Part shown: piece by piece, positions 9,563 to 19,100 of the stretch | Layout of the letters: each line of letters opens with the position of its first letter | How positions within the stretch are numbered: the stretch's first letter is position 1 | NCBI GenBank assembly: GCA_017939155.1 | Contig: JAGAZZ010000044.1 | Span: 92,344-156,343, forward strand | Length of the DNA stretch: 64,000 nucleotides | From: Alphaproteobacteria bacterium | Lineage (GTDB): Bacteria; Pseudomonadota; Alphaproteobacteria; RF32; CAG-239 | Reading direction: 5' to 3' | Position numbers and translations under genes: made by a program | Notes under the pieces: generated by a model | What the model saw: only the letters and a program-made list of their open reading frames with translations | What the model was told of the DNA's origin: nothing | The model's database searches: none

Positions 9563-10066
9563 ATGCAACGGCATTATTTGGCAGACATAATAGAACCGGT
9601 AGTTGAAAAGCTCGGCTACGAGGTTGTTCGGATTCTGACAATCGGTGAGGCAAACCCGACTTTGCAGATTATGATTGAGCACAAAAATTATGAAGAAGAG
9701 TTAACCGTGGATAACTGTGCCGAAGTCAGCCGAGCTGTTTCTGCCACATTGGATGAATTAGACCCGATAGAAAACCGCTACACGCTTGAAGTCAGCTCAC
9801 CGGGGCTTGACCGTCCGCTGACAAAACCTGAACACTTTGAGCGTTACAAAGGTTATCTTATCAAGCTTGAAACGCTTGAACCGGTTGAAAAACGCAAACG
9901 TTTTAAAGGCACAATCAAAGAAGTTGCCGCTGATAACAATGTTATGCTTGAAATGGAAAACATTACATATTCCATTCCTTTTGCTAATATTGCCAAAGCC
10001 AAAATTATTATAACCGACGAACTATGGGAACAATTCTTAAAATCCCAAAAAACGCCGAAAGCTTAA
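9563..10066 (+). CDS. rimP: Ribosome maturation factor RimP
   Basis: MQRHYLADIIEPVVEKLGYEVV... is RimP-like. AAGGAG RBS lies 7 nt upstream of ATG 9563, which is preferred over ORF-track start 9509. First gene of the nusA-infB operon. Confidence 0.85.
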   Translation: MQRHYLADIIEPVVEKLGYEVVRILTIGEANPTLQIMIEHKNYEEELTVDNCAEVSRAVSATLDELDPIENRYTLEVSSPGLDRPLTKPEHFERYKGYLIKLETLEPVEKRKRFKGTIKEVAADNNVMLEMENITYSIPFANIAKAKIIITDELWEQFLKSQKTPKA

Positions 10067-10090
10067 CTTTAACCCGAAATAGAGGATACA

Positions 10091-11605
10091 ATGGAAAATA
10101 TCGTTAATATGCCAAGACCTGAAATTTTGATGGTTGCCGATATGGTCGCCAGAGAAAAAAATATTGACCGCGAAGATGTTTTTGACGCTATGGAGCAGGC
10201 AATTCAAAAAGCCGGACGTTCCAAATATGGCTTTGAACATGACATTCGTGTCACCATTAATCGCAAAACCGGCGCCATCACGTTAGCTCGTTACCGTGCC
10301 GTTGTGGATGAAATTGAAAATGAAACAACCGAGTTAACCTTAGCCGAAGCAAGAAGAATTAATCCGGATGTTAAAGTAGGCGAATATATTATTGACCCAT
10401 TGCCGCCAATTGATTTTGGTCGTATCGCTGCACAAACCGCAAAGCAGGTGATAACCCAAAAAGTGCGTGAAGCCGAACGCAATAAACAATACGAAGAATA
10501 CAAAGAAAAAATCGGCACGATTATTAACGGAACCGTTAAACGTCTTGAATTTGGCAACGTCATTATTGATATGGGCAAAACCGAGGCTATTCTTCGCCGT
10601 GATGAAATTATCCCAAGGGAAAGTTTTAAAAACGGTGACCGTGTTCGCGCTTATGTGTTGGATGTCCGTCGTGAAACCAGAGGACCGCAAATCTTCTTGT
10701 CCCGTACTTGTCCGGAATTTATGGCAAAATTGTTCACTTCCGAAGTTCCTGAAATCTATGACGGCTTAGTCGAAATTATGGGCGTTGCACGTGACCCCGG
10801 TTCAAAAGCAAAAATCGCCGTTAAAGCCAAAGATTCTTCAATTGACCCGGTTGGCGCGTGCGTTGGTTTGCGCGGTATTCGTGTTCAAGCTGTCGTCACC
10901 GAACTTCAAGGTGAAAAAATCGACATTGTGCCTTATTCTGCCGACCGTGCACAGTTTATTGTCAGCGCTTTGGCGCCGGCAGAGGTTAGTAAAGTCGTTT
11001 TGGATGAAGAAAATAACCGTATCGAGGTTGTTGTCACCGAAGAACAATATTCAATGGCAATCGGTCGCCGCGGTCAAAATGTAAAATTAGCCTCTCAGCT
11101 TTTAAATGCGGATATTGATATTTTAACCGAGGAACAAGAGCGTGAGCGTCGTGCCAATGAAAATCGTATTCGCTCCGAACGTTTCGTTTCAGCCTTAGAT
11201 GTTGATGAAATGATTGCTCATGTCTTAATTTCTGAAGGTTTCTCAACTGTTGATGAAATCGCCGAAGTTGAGCTTAGCGAACTTTCTTCTATTGAAGGTT
11301 TTGATGAAGATTTAGCCGCAGAGTTGCAAAAACGTGCCAAAGATTTTGTTCAAAAACGTAACCTCGAGTTTATTGAAAAGAGCAAAACTTTAGGTGTGGA
11401 TGACAGCTTAAAAACAATCCCCGGTCTTGACCAGGATATGATTTTGAGTCTGGCTGAAAAAGGTGTTAAAACCCTTGATGATTTGGCAGACCTTGCCTCA
11501 GATGAGCTGATTGAAATTTTAGGCAACGGTGTCATCACTGATGTTGAAGCCAATCGTATCATTATGGCCGCTCGTGAGCACTGGTTTGCTGACGAAGAAA
11601 ACTAG
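10091..11605 (+). CDS. nusA: Transcription termination/antitermination factor NusA
   Basis: S1 and KH domains plus C-terminal acidic repeats; conserved position between rimP and infB. Confidence 0.95.
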   Translation: MENIVNMPRPEILMVADMVAREKNIDREDVFDAMEQAIQKAGRSKYGFEHDIRVTINRKTGAITLARYRAVVDEIENETTELTLAEARRINPDVKVGEYIIDPLPPIDFGRIAAQTAKQVITQKVREAERNKQYEEYKEKIGTIINGTVKRLEFGNVIIDMGKTEAILRRDEIIPRESFKNGDRVRAYVLDVRRETRGPQIFLSRTCPEFMAKLFTSEVPEIYDGLVEIMGVARDPGSKAKIAVKAKDSSIDPVGACVGLRGIRVQAVVTELQGEKIDIVPYSADRAQFIVSALAPAEVSKVVLDEENNRIEVVVTEEQYSMAIGRRGQNVKLASQLLNADIDILTEEQERERRANENRIRSERFVSALDVDEMIAHVLISEGFSTVDEIAEVELSELSSIEGFDEDLAAELQKRAKDFVQKRNLEFIEKSKTLGVDDSLKTIPGLDQDMILSLAEKGVKTLDDLADLASDELIEILGNGVITDVEANRIIMAAREHWFADEEN

Positions 11606-11616
11606 AAAGGCCTAAT

Positions 11617-12201
11617 ATGTCAAGAGAAACGATTGAACGTAAATGTATTTTAGACGGAACCGTCAAGCCGCAAAGCGAGTTGCTTCGCTTTGTTGAGCTT
11701 AACAATACCCTCCTGCCTGATTTTAATAAAAAACTCCCCGGCAAAGGAATGTACATCACGAACAATCGTTTCTCCTTAGAAAAAGCCTTAGAAAAGAAGC
11801 TATTTCATAAAGTTAGCCGCCATAATTTAAAAATTGCGGAAAATTTTGTAGAAACAATCGAAGAGCTAATAAAACAAAAAGCACTTGAAACACTTAATTT
11901 AGCGCGCAAATCAGGTGCGCTGGTCACAGGTTTTGAAAAAGTAAAAGAGGCAGTCAAAAAAAATCAAGTCAAGTTTATTATAGAAGCAACAAATGCCGGA
12001 ACGGACGGAAAAGAAAAAGTGGCATTATTTGCTAAAAATATTGAAATATTTAATTTATTTAGTATAGATGAATTAGATATGTGCTTAAATAAAGAAAATA
12101 CGGTTCATATCGCAATCTTAAAAAGCGATATAGCCGTTATGGTGTATCAAAATTTAAAAAGGTATCAAAACTTTTTATCAGACGGAGAAGATAATAAATG
12201 A
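11617..12201 (+). CDS. YlxR (DUF448)-L7Ae (YlxQ-like) fusion RNA-binding protein
   Basis: N-terminal RKCI..G..ELLRFV...GKG.Y YlxR signature; C-terminal L7Ae-like [10 protein letters not shown]...[11 protein letters not shown]. Stop overlaps infB start (ATGA). Confidence 0.75.
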   Translation: MSRETIERKCILDGTVKPQSELLRFVELNNTLLPDFNKKLPGKGMYITNNRFSLEKALEKKLFHKVSRHNLKIAENFVETIEELIKQKALETLNLARKSGALVTGFEKVKEAVKKNQVKFIIEATNAGTDGKEKVALFAKNIEIFNLFSIDELDMCLNKENTVHIAILKSDIAVMVYQNLKRYQNFLSDGEDNK

Positions 12202-14684
12202 CAGAAGATAATGGCAAAAAATTAACATTATCCGCAAAATCTACCCTAACCCTGAAGAAAACCGGTCTGTCGGCAGCGGGAGAAGGGCGCAAAGTTGTGC
12301 AAGTAGAAGTAAGAAAAAAACGTTTTGTTGCACAAAAGCCTCAAGCAAAAGCCTCTGTCGAGATAGATGAAGCTTTAGCTCAAAAGCTTGAGTTGTTGGC
12401 CAAAGCCAAAGAACACGAAGCTAAGAAAAAACAGCAGGAAGAAGAAAAAGAACTCTTGCGCCAAAAACAAAAAGAAGAAGCCGAAGCTTTAAAGAAAAAA
12501 GAAGAAGCTGAGGCTGAAGCGTTAAAAAAAGCTCAAGCGCAGAAAAAAGCCGAGCAGGAAGAAAAAAAGCCCGCTCCTGCCGTAAATCAACCTGAGAATA
12601 ATGAACCCTCAAAGTCGCATAATGTCAAATATAAAGAGAAAAAAGAAGATTATGATGACGATGATGAAGATTTTTATGCTAAAAAAGGCAAAAAAAGCTC
12701 CTCACAAGAAAATTCAAAGCCGTTAACCAGAGAAGAAACTTTTGAGCAAGAGCGTAAAAAAATTCAAAAGCGTAGTTTTGAAACGCCGAAACGTAATACC
12801 AAAATCAACGTTAATTCTTATATGTATAATGAAGATGACGATGATGACTATGGTTATGGTGCGCCGCGTCGCCGCTTTAAGAAAAAAGCGCCTAAGCCGC
12901 AAGTTCAGCAGGCGCCGCAGGAAAAAATCGTCAAAGAAGTTGTCATTCCTGAAATTATTACCGTTCAAGAGCTGGCAAACCGTATGGCTGAAAAGAGCTC
13001 TGAGGTCATTAAAAAGTTGATGTCTTTAGGCGTAATGGCAACGATTAACCAAGCCATAGACGCCGACACCGCGCAGATTATCGTTGAGGAAATGGGACAC
13101 AAGTTCAAACGTGTTGCCGAAAGCGATGTTGAAGAGGGCTTAACCGGTCCGAAAGATACCGAGGCGGATTTGTTGCCGCGTGCGCCGGTTGTAACGGTTA
13201 TGGGGCACGTTGACCATGGTAAAACCTCTTTGCTTGACGCGCTTCGTGAAACCAACGTTGCCGCGCGTGAAGCCGGCGGTATCACGCAACATATCGGCGC
13301 TTATCAAATTACGTTAGACAATGGTCAGAAAATCACGTTTATTGATACCCCGGGTCACGAAGCCTTTTCAGAAATGCGCGCCAGAGGTGCTAAAGTAACG
13401 GATATTGTTGTTTTGGTGGTTGCCGCCAATGACGGTATAAAGCCGCAAACGGTCGAGGCGATTCGCCATGCGCAAGCCGCCAATGTGCCAATCGTTGTCG
13501 CTATTAATAAAATAGACTTGCCGGGGGCAGACCCGATGAAAGTCAAAACCGAGCTGCTTCAACACGGCATCGCCGTTGAAGAAATGGGCGGTGAAAGCTT
13601 GTGTGCGGAAGTTTCAGCAAAAAAACGCATTAATATAGATAAACTGGTTGAAGCCATCTTGTTGCAAGCCGAAATTCTTGACCTGAAAGCTAACCCCAAC
13701 CGTGCGGCCGAAGGTGTCGTCATTGAGGCTAAGATGGAAAAAGGTCGCGGTAATGTCGCCACGGTTTTGGTTCAAAACGGAACGTTAAAAGTCGGCGAAG
13801 TTTGCATTGCCGGTAAAGAGTGGGGGCACGTCCGCGCTATGTTTAACGAACACGGCAAAAAGGTTTTTGAAGCTGCTCCCGCCACACCGGTTGAGGTTTT
13901 AGGTTTGCAGGGCACACCATCTGCTGGTGATGACTTTATTATCGTTAAAGATGAAAACCAAGCTCGTGAGGTCACCGGTTACCGGATTCGTAAAGAGCGC
14001 GAAGCCAAACTCGTCAAGAGTGCAAAATCCGCTATGGAACAAATGCTTGATAAGATTAAATCCGGTGAATCCAAACAGTTGGCGGTGATTATTAAAGCCG
14101 ATGTTCAGGGCTCAATCGAGGCTATTGAGGGGACGATTACAAAATTATCTAATGATGAAGTTTCTGTTCACGTTCTGCACTCGGCAGTCGGACCGATTTC
14201 CGAGTCGGATGTGACGCTGGCTAAAGCCTCAGACGCGTTCATCATCGGTTTTAATGTCCGCGCGATTCCTCAAGCCCGTGATATGGCACGCCGTGATGGC
14301 ATAGATATTCGTTATTATTCGATTATTTATGATGTGGCAGACGATGTCAAGAAAGGTCTTGAAGGCTTGCTCTCGCCGGAATTGCGTGAGAAGTTCTTAG
14401 GCTATGCTGAAATCAGAAACGTCTTTAACATCACCGGTGTCGGCAAGGTCGGCGGTTGTATGGTAACTGAGGGAATTGTGAAACGTGGTTCAAAAGTCCG
14501 CTTGCTTCGTGACAACGTCGTTATTCATGACGGCAATTTGGCGCAGTTAAAACGCTTCAAAGAAGATGTCAAAGAGGTCAAAGACGGCTATGAGTGCGGA
14601 ATGAGTTTTGAAAATTATAATGACATTCAGGTCGGTGACTATATCGAATGTTATGAAATAGAAACGATTGCCGCCAAACTTTAA
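12198..14684 (+). CDS. infB: Translation initiation factor IF-2
   Basis: K/E-rich N-terminus, G-domain [24 protein letters not shown]; 828 aa. Confidence 0.95.
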   Translation: MTEDNGKKLTLSAKSTLTLKKTGLSAAGEGRKVVQVEVRKKRFVAQKPQAKASVEIDEALAQKLELLAKAKEHEAKKKQQEEEKELLRQKQKEEAEALKKKEEAEAEALKKAQAQKKAEQEEKKPAPAVNQPENNEPSKSHNVKYKEKKEDYDDDDEDFYAKKGKKSSSQENSKPLTREETFEQERKKIQKRSFETPKRNTKINVNSYMYNEDDDDDYGYGAPRRRFKKKAPKPQVQQAPQEKIVKEVVIPEIITVQELANRMAEKSSEVIKKLMSLGVMATINQAIDADTAQIIVEEMGHKFKRVAESDVEEGLTGPKDTEADLLPRAPVVTVMGHVDHGKTSLLDALRETNVAAREAGGITQHIGAYQITLDNGQKITFIDTPGHEAFSEMRARGAKVTDIVVLVVAANDGIKPQTVEAIRHAQAANVPIVVAINKIDLPGADPMKVKTELLQHGIAVEEMGGESLCAEVSAKKRINIDKLVEAILLQAEILDLKANPNRAAEGVVIEAKMEKGRGNVATVLVQNGTLKVGEVCIAGKEWGHVRAMFNEHGKKVFEAAPATPVEVLGLQGTPSAGDDFIIVKDENQAREVTGYRIRKEREAKLVKSAKSAMEQMLDKIKSGESKQLAVIIKADVQGSIEAIEGTITKLSNDEVSVHVLHSAVGPISESDVTLAKASDAFIIGFNVRAIPQARDMARRDGIDIRYYSIIYDVADDVKKGLEGLLSPELREKFLGYAEIRNVFNITGVGKVGGCMVTEGIVKRGSKVRLLRDNVVIHDGNLAQLKRFKEDVKEVKDGYECGMSFENYNDIQVGDYIECYEIETIAAKL

Positions 14685-14693
14685 GGAGGAAAA

Positions 14694-15092
14694 ATGCCTA
14701 TTGTAAGCAGTAAAGAGCCCTCACAACGCCAGTTGCGCGTGGCTCAGGAGATAAAAAAGATAATCGCCGCGGCCTTAGAGCGTGGAGAAGTCCGCAATCC
14801 TTTGATTTTGGATAATTTTATCACAATCACGGATGTCGATATTTCACCCGACCTCAAGCTTTGCACGATATATTTTATGACCTTAAACGGTCAAAATCTC
14901 GGGCAGATAGAAGATGACCTGAATGCGGAAGCTTGGGGCTTAAAAAAACAAATAGCTTCAAAGTTGAAGCTGCGTTACACGCCGGATTTAAATTTCCGCA
15001 TGGACACGTCTTTTGCCGAAGTTGACCGGATAGAAAAGCTTTTGCGTGACCCCAAAGTCGCACAAGACCTTGAACACAAAGAAGAAAATTAA
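14694..15092 (+). CDS. rbfA: Ribosome-binding factor A
   Basis: RbfA-like sequence (RQLRVAQEIKKIIA...), downstream of infB, AAGGAGG RBS. Confidence 0.9.
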   Translation: MPIVSSKEPSQRQLRVAQEIKKIIAAALERGEVRNPLILDNFITITDVDISPDLKLCTIYFMTLNGQNLGQIEDDLNAEAWGLKKQIASKLKLRYTPDLNFRMDTSFAEVDRIEKLLRDPKVAQDLEHKEEN

Positions 15093-15121
15093 CCCCTTAA
15101 AACTTAAAAAGGAGCTTAAAT

Positions 15122-15559
15122 ATGTTTAAAAATTTTGTTTCTGAATTTAAAAAATTTGCGATGCGCGGCAATGTGATAGATATGGCCGTCGGTATCATTA
15201 TCGGTGCCGCTTTCGGCAAAATTGTCGATTCGCTTGTAAAAGATGTCTTAATGCCGCCGATAGGGCTTTTGTTAGGCAAGGTTGATTTTTCTGATTTGAA
15301 GTTGGTCTTGACCTCGGGTGAAAATCCGGTTTCGATTAATTATGGCTTGTTTATCAATGCGTTAATCAGTTTTATAATCGTGGCGTTTGCGGTGTTCATC
15401 TTGATTAAGGCGATTAATAAGTTGCAAGAAAAGATGACAAAAGAAGAAGCTGTGGAGCAAGTCGCCGCTGAACCGACCACCAAAACTTGCCCCTATTGTT
15501 GCACAGAAATTCCGGTTAAAGCTTGCCGTTGCCCGCATTGCACCTCGGAATTAAAATAA
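15122..15559 (+). CDS. mscL: Large-conductance mechanosensitive channel MscL with a C-terminal 4-Cys zinc-ribbon extension
   Basis: [39 protein letters not shown] is the MscL signature. C-terminus carries CPYCC...CRCPHC. Confidence 0.9.
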   Translation: MFKNFVSEFKKFAMRGNVIDMAVGIIIGAAFGKIVDSLVKDVLMPPIGLLLGKVDFSDLKLVLTSGENPVSINYGLFINALISFIIVAFAVFILIKAINKLQEKMTKEEAVEQVAAEPTTKTCPYCCTEIPVKACRCPHCTSELK

Positions 15560-15578
15560 TTTTTCAAAACTCTAAAAT

Positions 15579-15602
15579 GCCGCCCAATAGGGCGGTTTTT
15601 TA
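15579..15602 (+). terminator. Intrinsic terminator after mscL
   Basis: CCGCCC-AATA-GGGCGG hairpin followed by T6. Confidence 0.7.
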
Positions 15603-15739
15603 TAGGCTGAAAATAATCTTCCCGATTCGCAAAAAATATTCTTCCCCCGTCATCCCTCTCAAACGCTCTTCTATTATAGTCATCCCCCCCGAGTCATTAC
15701 GAGGCGCATGGCGTCAGCCATACGCAACCGTGGCAAACT

Positions 15740-16010
15740 TCTCTTAGTGTTGCTAGGCTTTAGCCGCGGCAACACTTAGTTGTTCGTACAAGTAGAAAGG
15801 CAACGCCTTTCGTAACGGTACAATCCATAACTTATGCGTTAGCATTCCTTATCTAATCATAGCGACGCAACACTTAGTTGTTCGCGCAAGTAGAAGCGAA
15901 GCTTCGTAGCGGCGCAATCCATAATCCGGTGACGTTAGTCACACAAATTTTAACAAAATAAAGCAAAGTTTCTCCATAACTTGTGACCCTCGTCACACAA
16001 ATTCTCTTTC
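15740..16010. repeat. Cluster of degenerate direct repeats (~75 bp, 2-3 copies) with internal hairpins in the 600-bp non-coding region upstream of the second autotransporter
   Basis: GCAACACTTAGTTGTTCG..CAAGTAGAA..TTCGTA.CGG..CAATCCATAA occurs at ~15768 and ~15866. The tail CCATAAC..GTGAC....GTCACACAAATT is repeated at ~15905 and ~15975. Hairpins are conserved by compensatory changes (AAGGC-AAC-GCCTT vs GAAGC-GAA-GCTTC). Confidence 0.6.
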
Positions 16011-16104
16011 TCCCAACATACTGAATAAATAAAAAAAATCCGCCGCAAGCGGCACCAAACAAAAAAAAATTTCAAAAAAATTTTTTTTATTAACCAAATC
16101 TTTA

Positions 16105-16118
16105 CCCCCCCCCCCCCC
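16105..16118 (+). promoter_or_regulatory. Homopolymeric C14 tract ~48 bp upstream of the autotransporter start codon, flanked by A9/A7/T8 tracts; candidate slipped-strand phase-variation element
   Basis: 14 consecutive C at 16105..16118, between A/T tracts and a TAATAG -10-like hexamer. Confidence 0.55.
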
Positions 16119-16166
16119 GTAGGATTTTTAATAGAGAATCAAATATTTAACTAAAGGAATTGAACT

Positions 16167-19100
16167 ATGAAATACACCGCTGCCGCCCTCGGATGTCTAA
16201 ACGCAAGATACCGTGCCGTCCTCAAAAAATGCCTCCTCATCAACCTCGGCTTCTTCGCTCTTACTCATCCGATGATTTGTCACGCGGCAGATACGATTAT
16301 TACGGAAGATGTGACCCTAAATGCAGATGACCTAACCGCAGATGAGGGTTCAAAAATTATTAATCAAGGTTCAACAATTAATCTCACCGGCGGAACAATA
16401 AATACTGAAATTAGCCACCGAAAAGTTGATGGTAAAGATGGAGAAATTAATATTGTTTCAGAAAGCAATGTATCCAATGCAGTTGGTGACCCAACTGGAA
16501 AAAGTGGGCCTTTCATTGGTGGAGGAATACTTAAGGTCGAACAGCAGGCTGAGTTTACAAATAACGGATTTATGGGTGGAAGTAGCATAAATAACTATGG
16601 GACAATAGTAAATAATGGATATTGGAATAGCTATCAGAAACTTGATTACATAAACCATACTGGAGCAACGCTAATTAATGAAGAAAATGCATATCTATAT
16701 AGTGGACCACGCAACGAGGGAATTATAAAAAATAAAGGTAAGTGGGCGAGTATGGCATATAATGATGCAGGAGGGGAATTTGAAAATAGTGGTACAATCA
16801 CATGGCAGACATATAATTATCAGGGGGCAAAGTTTACCAATACTGATACAGGAAATGCAAACGGTATATATAACTACGGCTCTGGAGAAAATGAAGGAAC
16901 AATAAGCTATGTGGAAAATGGAGGAATGAGCACTAGCGATAAACTATTAAATAAAGAAGCCTCTTTTTCTAATAGCGGAACAATAGAAAGCAATGTTCAA
17001 AATTATGGAGGAACTTTCAAAAACACAGGTATCATAAAAGAAGGGATTAATAATTCTGATAAAGTAATAATAGAAGGAGGCGTTGTTGAACAAGGAATTA
17101 AGTCAAATACAGGAACTATCCAAATATCCGGTGGTACTATAAAAGGTTATACATACAATTCCGGCACAATGGATATAACGGGAGGGGAACTCCTTGGAAC
17201 TTTAAGCACTTATAGCAATAAAGCAAATGTTACAACATCGGCAGATTTTCTCAAAGGTGATATTTATAATTCTTATGGTGGCACGATAAATCTAACCGGT
17301 GGTACTTTATCCCAGCAATTACAAGGAAGCGGAGGTATTTTAAATATCACCGGTGATGTCAAAAATGCAAGCAATATTAACCAACAAGAGCTCAATATCA
17401 TCGAAAATGCCACACTAACCTCAGACGCGGAAGCCATAGTTGTTGCCGATAACACTATCACAAATGATGGTACACTAGACCTCACCGGTGGCACCAACAC
17501 CAACGCCATCACAGGCGAGGGCACGGTTACAGTTTCCGGCGACGTTACCAACAATGCGGCAATAGACCAAAACAATGTAAATATAGAATCTGGCAAATCC
17601 TTAGCTAATAATAACACCATAACGGCTGATGTCACAAACAATGGCAGTTTGGACAATAATAACGGAACAATTAACGGTATTGTAACTAACAATTCTTCAA
17701 TTTACGGTGCTGTCGGTACAATCAATGGTAAATTAATCAATAATGCTGACGCAATTATTAATGATATGTTTCAAAGTTCAAAACTCAATGGCAATCTTGA
17801 AAATGCCGGAACAGTAGATATGTCGGGTATTATCACCGGTGATGTCACAAACAAAGACGGTGGTTTTATCAAATATATCAAACAAGTAGATGGTAATGTA
17901 ACAAATGAAACCGGCGGAACAATTAAGACTATAGGTACTCTGAATGGAGATTTGCTAAATGAAACCGGCGCATTTTTAACGGATGAGCAAGGTAGCGTAT
18001 ATAGTAATATAAAAGGAACTCTGACAAATAATGGCACGATTGAGATGAAGAATTCATACAATGCAATAAATATAGGCAATAGTGAAACCAAAACCGGAGA
18101 TTTTATTAATAACGGAATTGCTAAATTTATACAAGGAACGATTTATGGAAATCTTATTAATGGTGAAAATACCGTTATTGAAGCAACGTATGGAAGTAAT
18201 GTTTATGGCGGATTTGATAATAAGGGAACATATACGGGCGGTCTGAATATCACGGGGGACGACCTCACTAAAAATTATATCAACAATGAAGGCACAATAA
18301 AACTTGATATGTATGGCAACACTTCTTTAAAAGGAACTATTAATAATGCCGAAGGAGCGATTATCGGTGTAAAAAATGAAAACTATCAAGGACAAAATGG
18401 TGGATATAGTGTCAATAATGCCATCATAAATAATAGCGGTACGATTAGCGGTATCGGGTCAGGAAATAATATCCAAGTCAAAAATGAAACAACAGGTGAG
18501 ATAGAATTCGGTGCAGGCAGTCGCTCAGGCACAATAAATAACAAAGGTACTATAAAAATATACGATGGAATATGGACAGTTTCCGAAGATGGAATTCAAA
18601 ATTCTAATAAATTTACCATACAGAATGGTGGTGTTTATGGTAGTGGAAAATTTGTAAATAAAGATGGTGGTCAGCTCAATATCTTATCAACATGGGGTCC
18701 TGATTTTCGAGTCGCTCTCGAAAACGCCGGAACAGTCAATAACGCAGGTACAATAACAGGCCCAAGCGTTACTAATTCTGGCACCATAAATAATACCGGA
18801 ATAATAGCATCTCAAACCACAAACTCTGGCACAATCAACAACACCAGTCAACTTGTAGGAACAACCACAAACTCCGGCACAATCAACAACACCGGTCAAA
18901 TTCAAAGTCAGACCACAAATTCCGGCACAATTATAAATAAAGCCGGCAGCACACAGACAAACACAACCCGCAACGAATCGACCGGCACCATTATTATGGA
19001 AGCAGATAGCCACATGAGCGGAACGTGGTATAATAAAGGGAAAATAGAAAACCATAGTAACCAAAATCAAAATATGTATTTTGAAAACCAAGAAGGCGGA

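Noticed and set aside
16025-16075. GCCGCAAGCGGC hairpin flanked by A8/A9 tracts as a + strand terminator
   Set aside because: On the + strand it is followed by an A-run rather than a T-run. It only looks terminator-like on the minus strand, where no gene is upstream. Left unannotated as part of the unusual promoter region.
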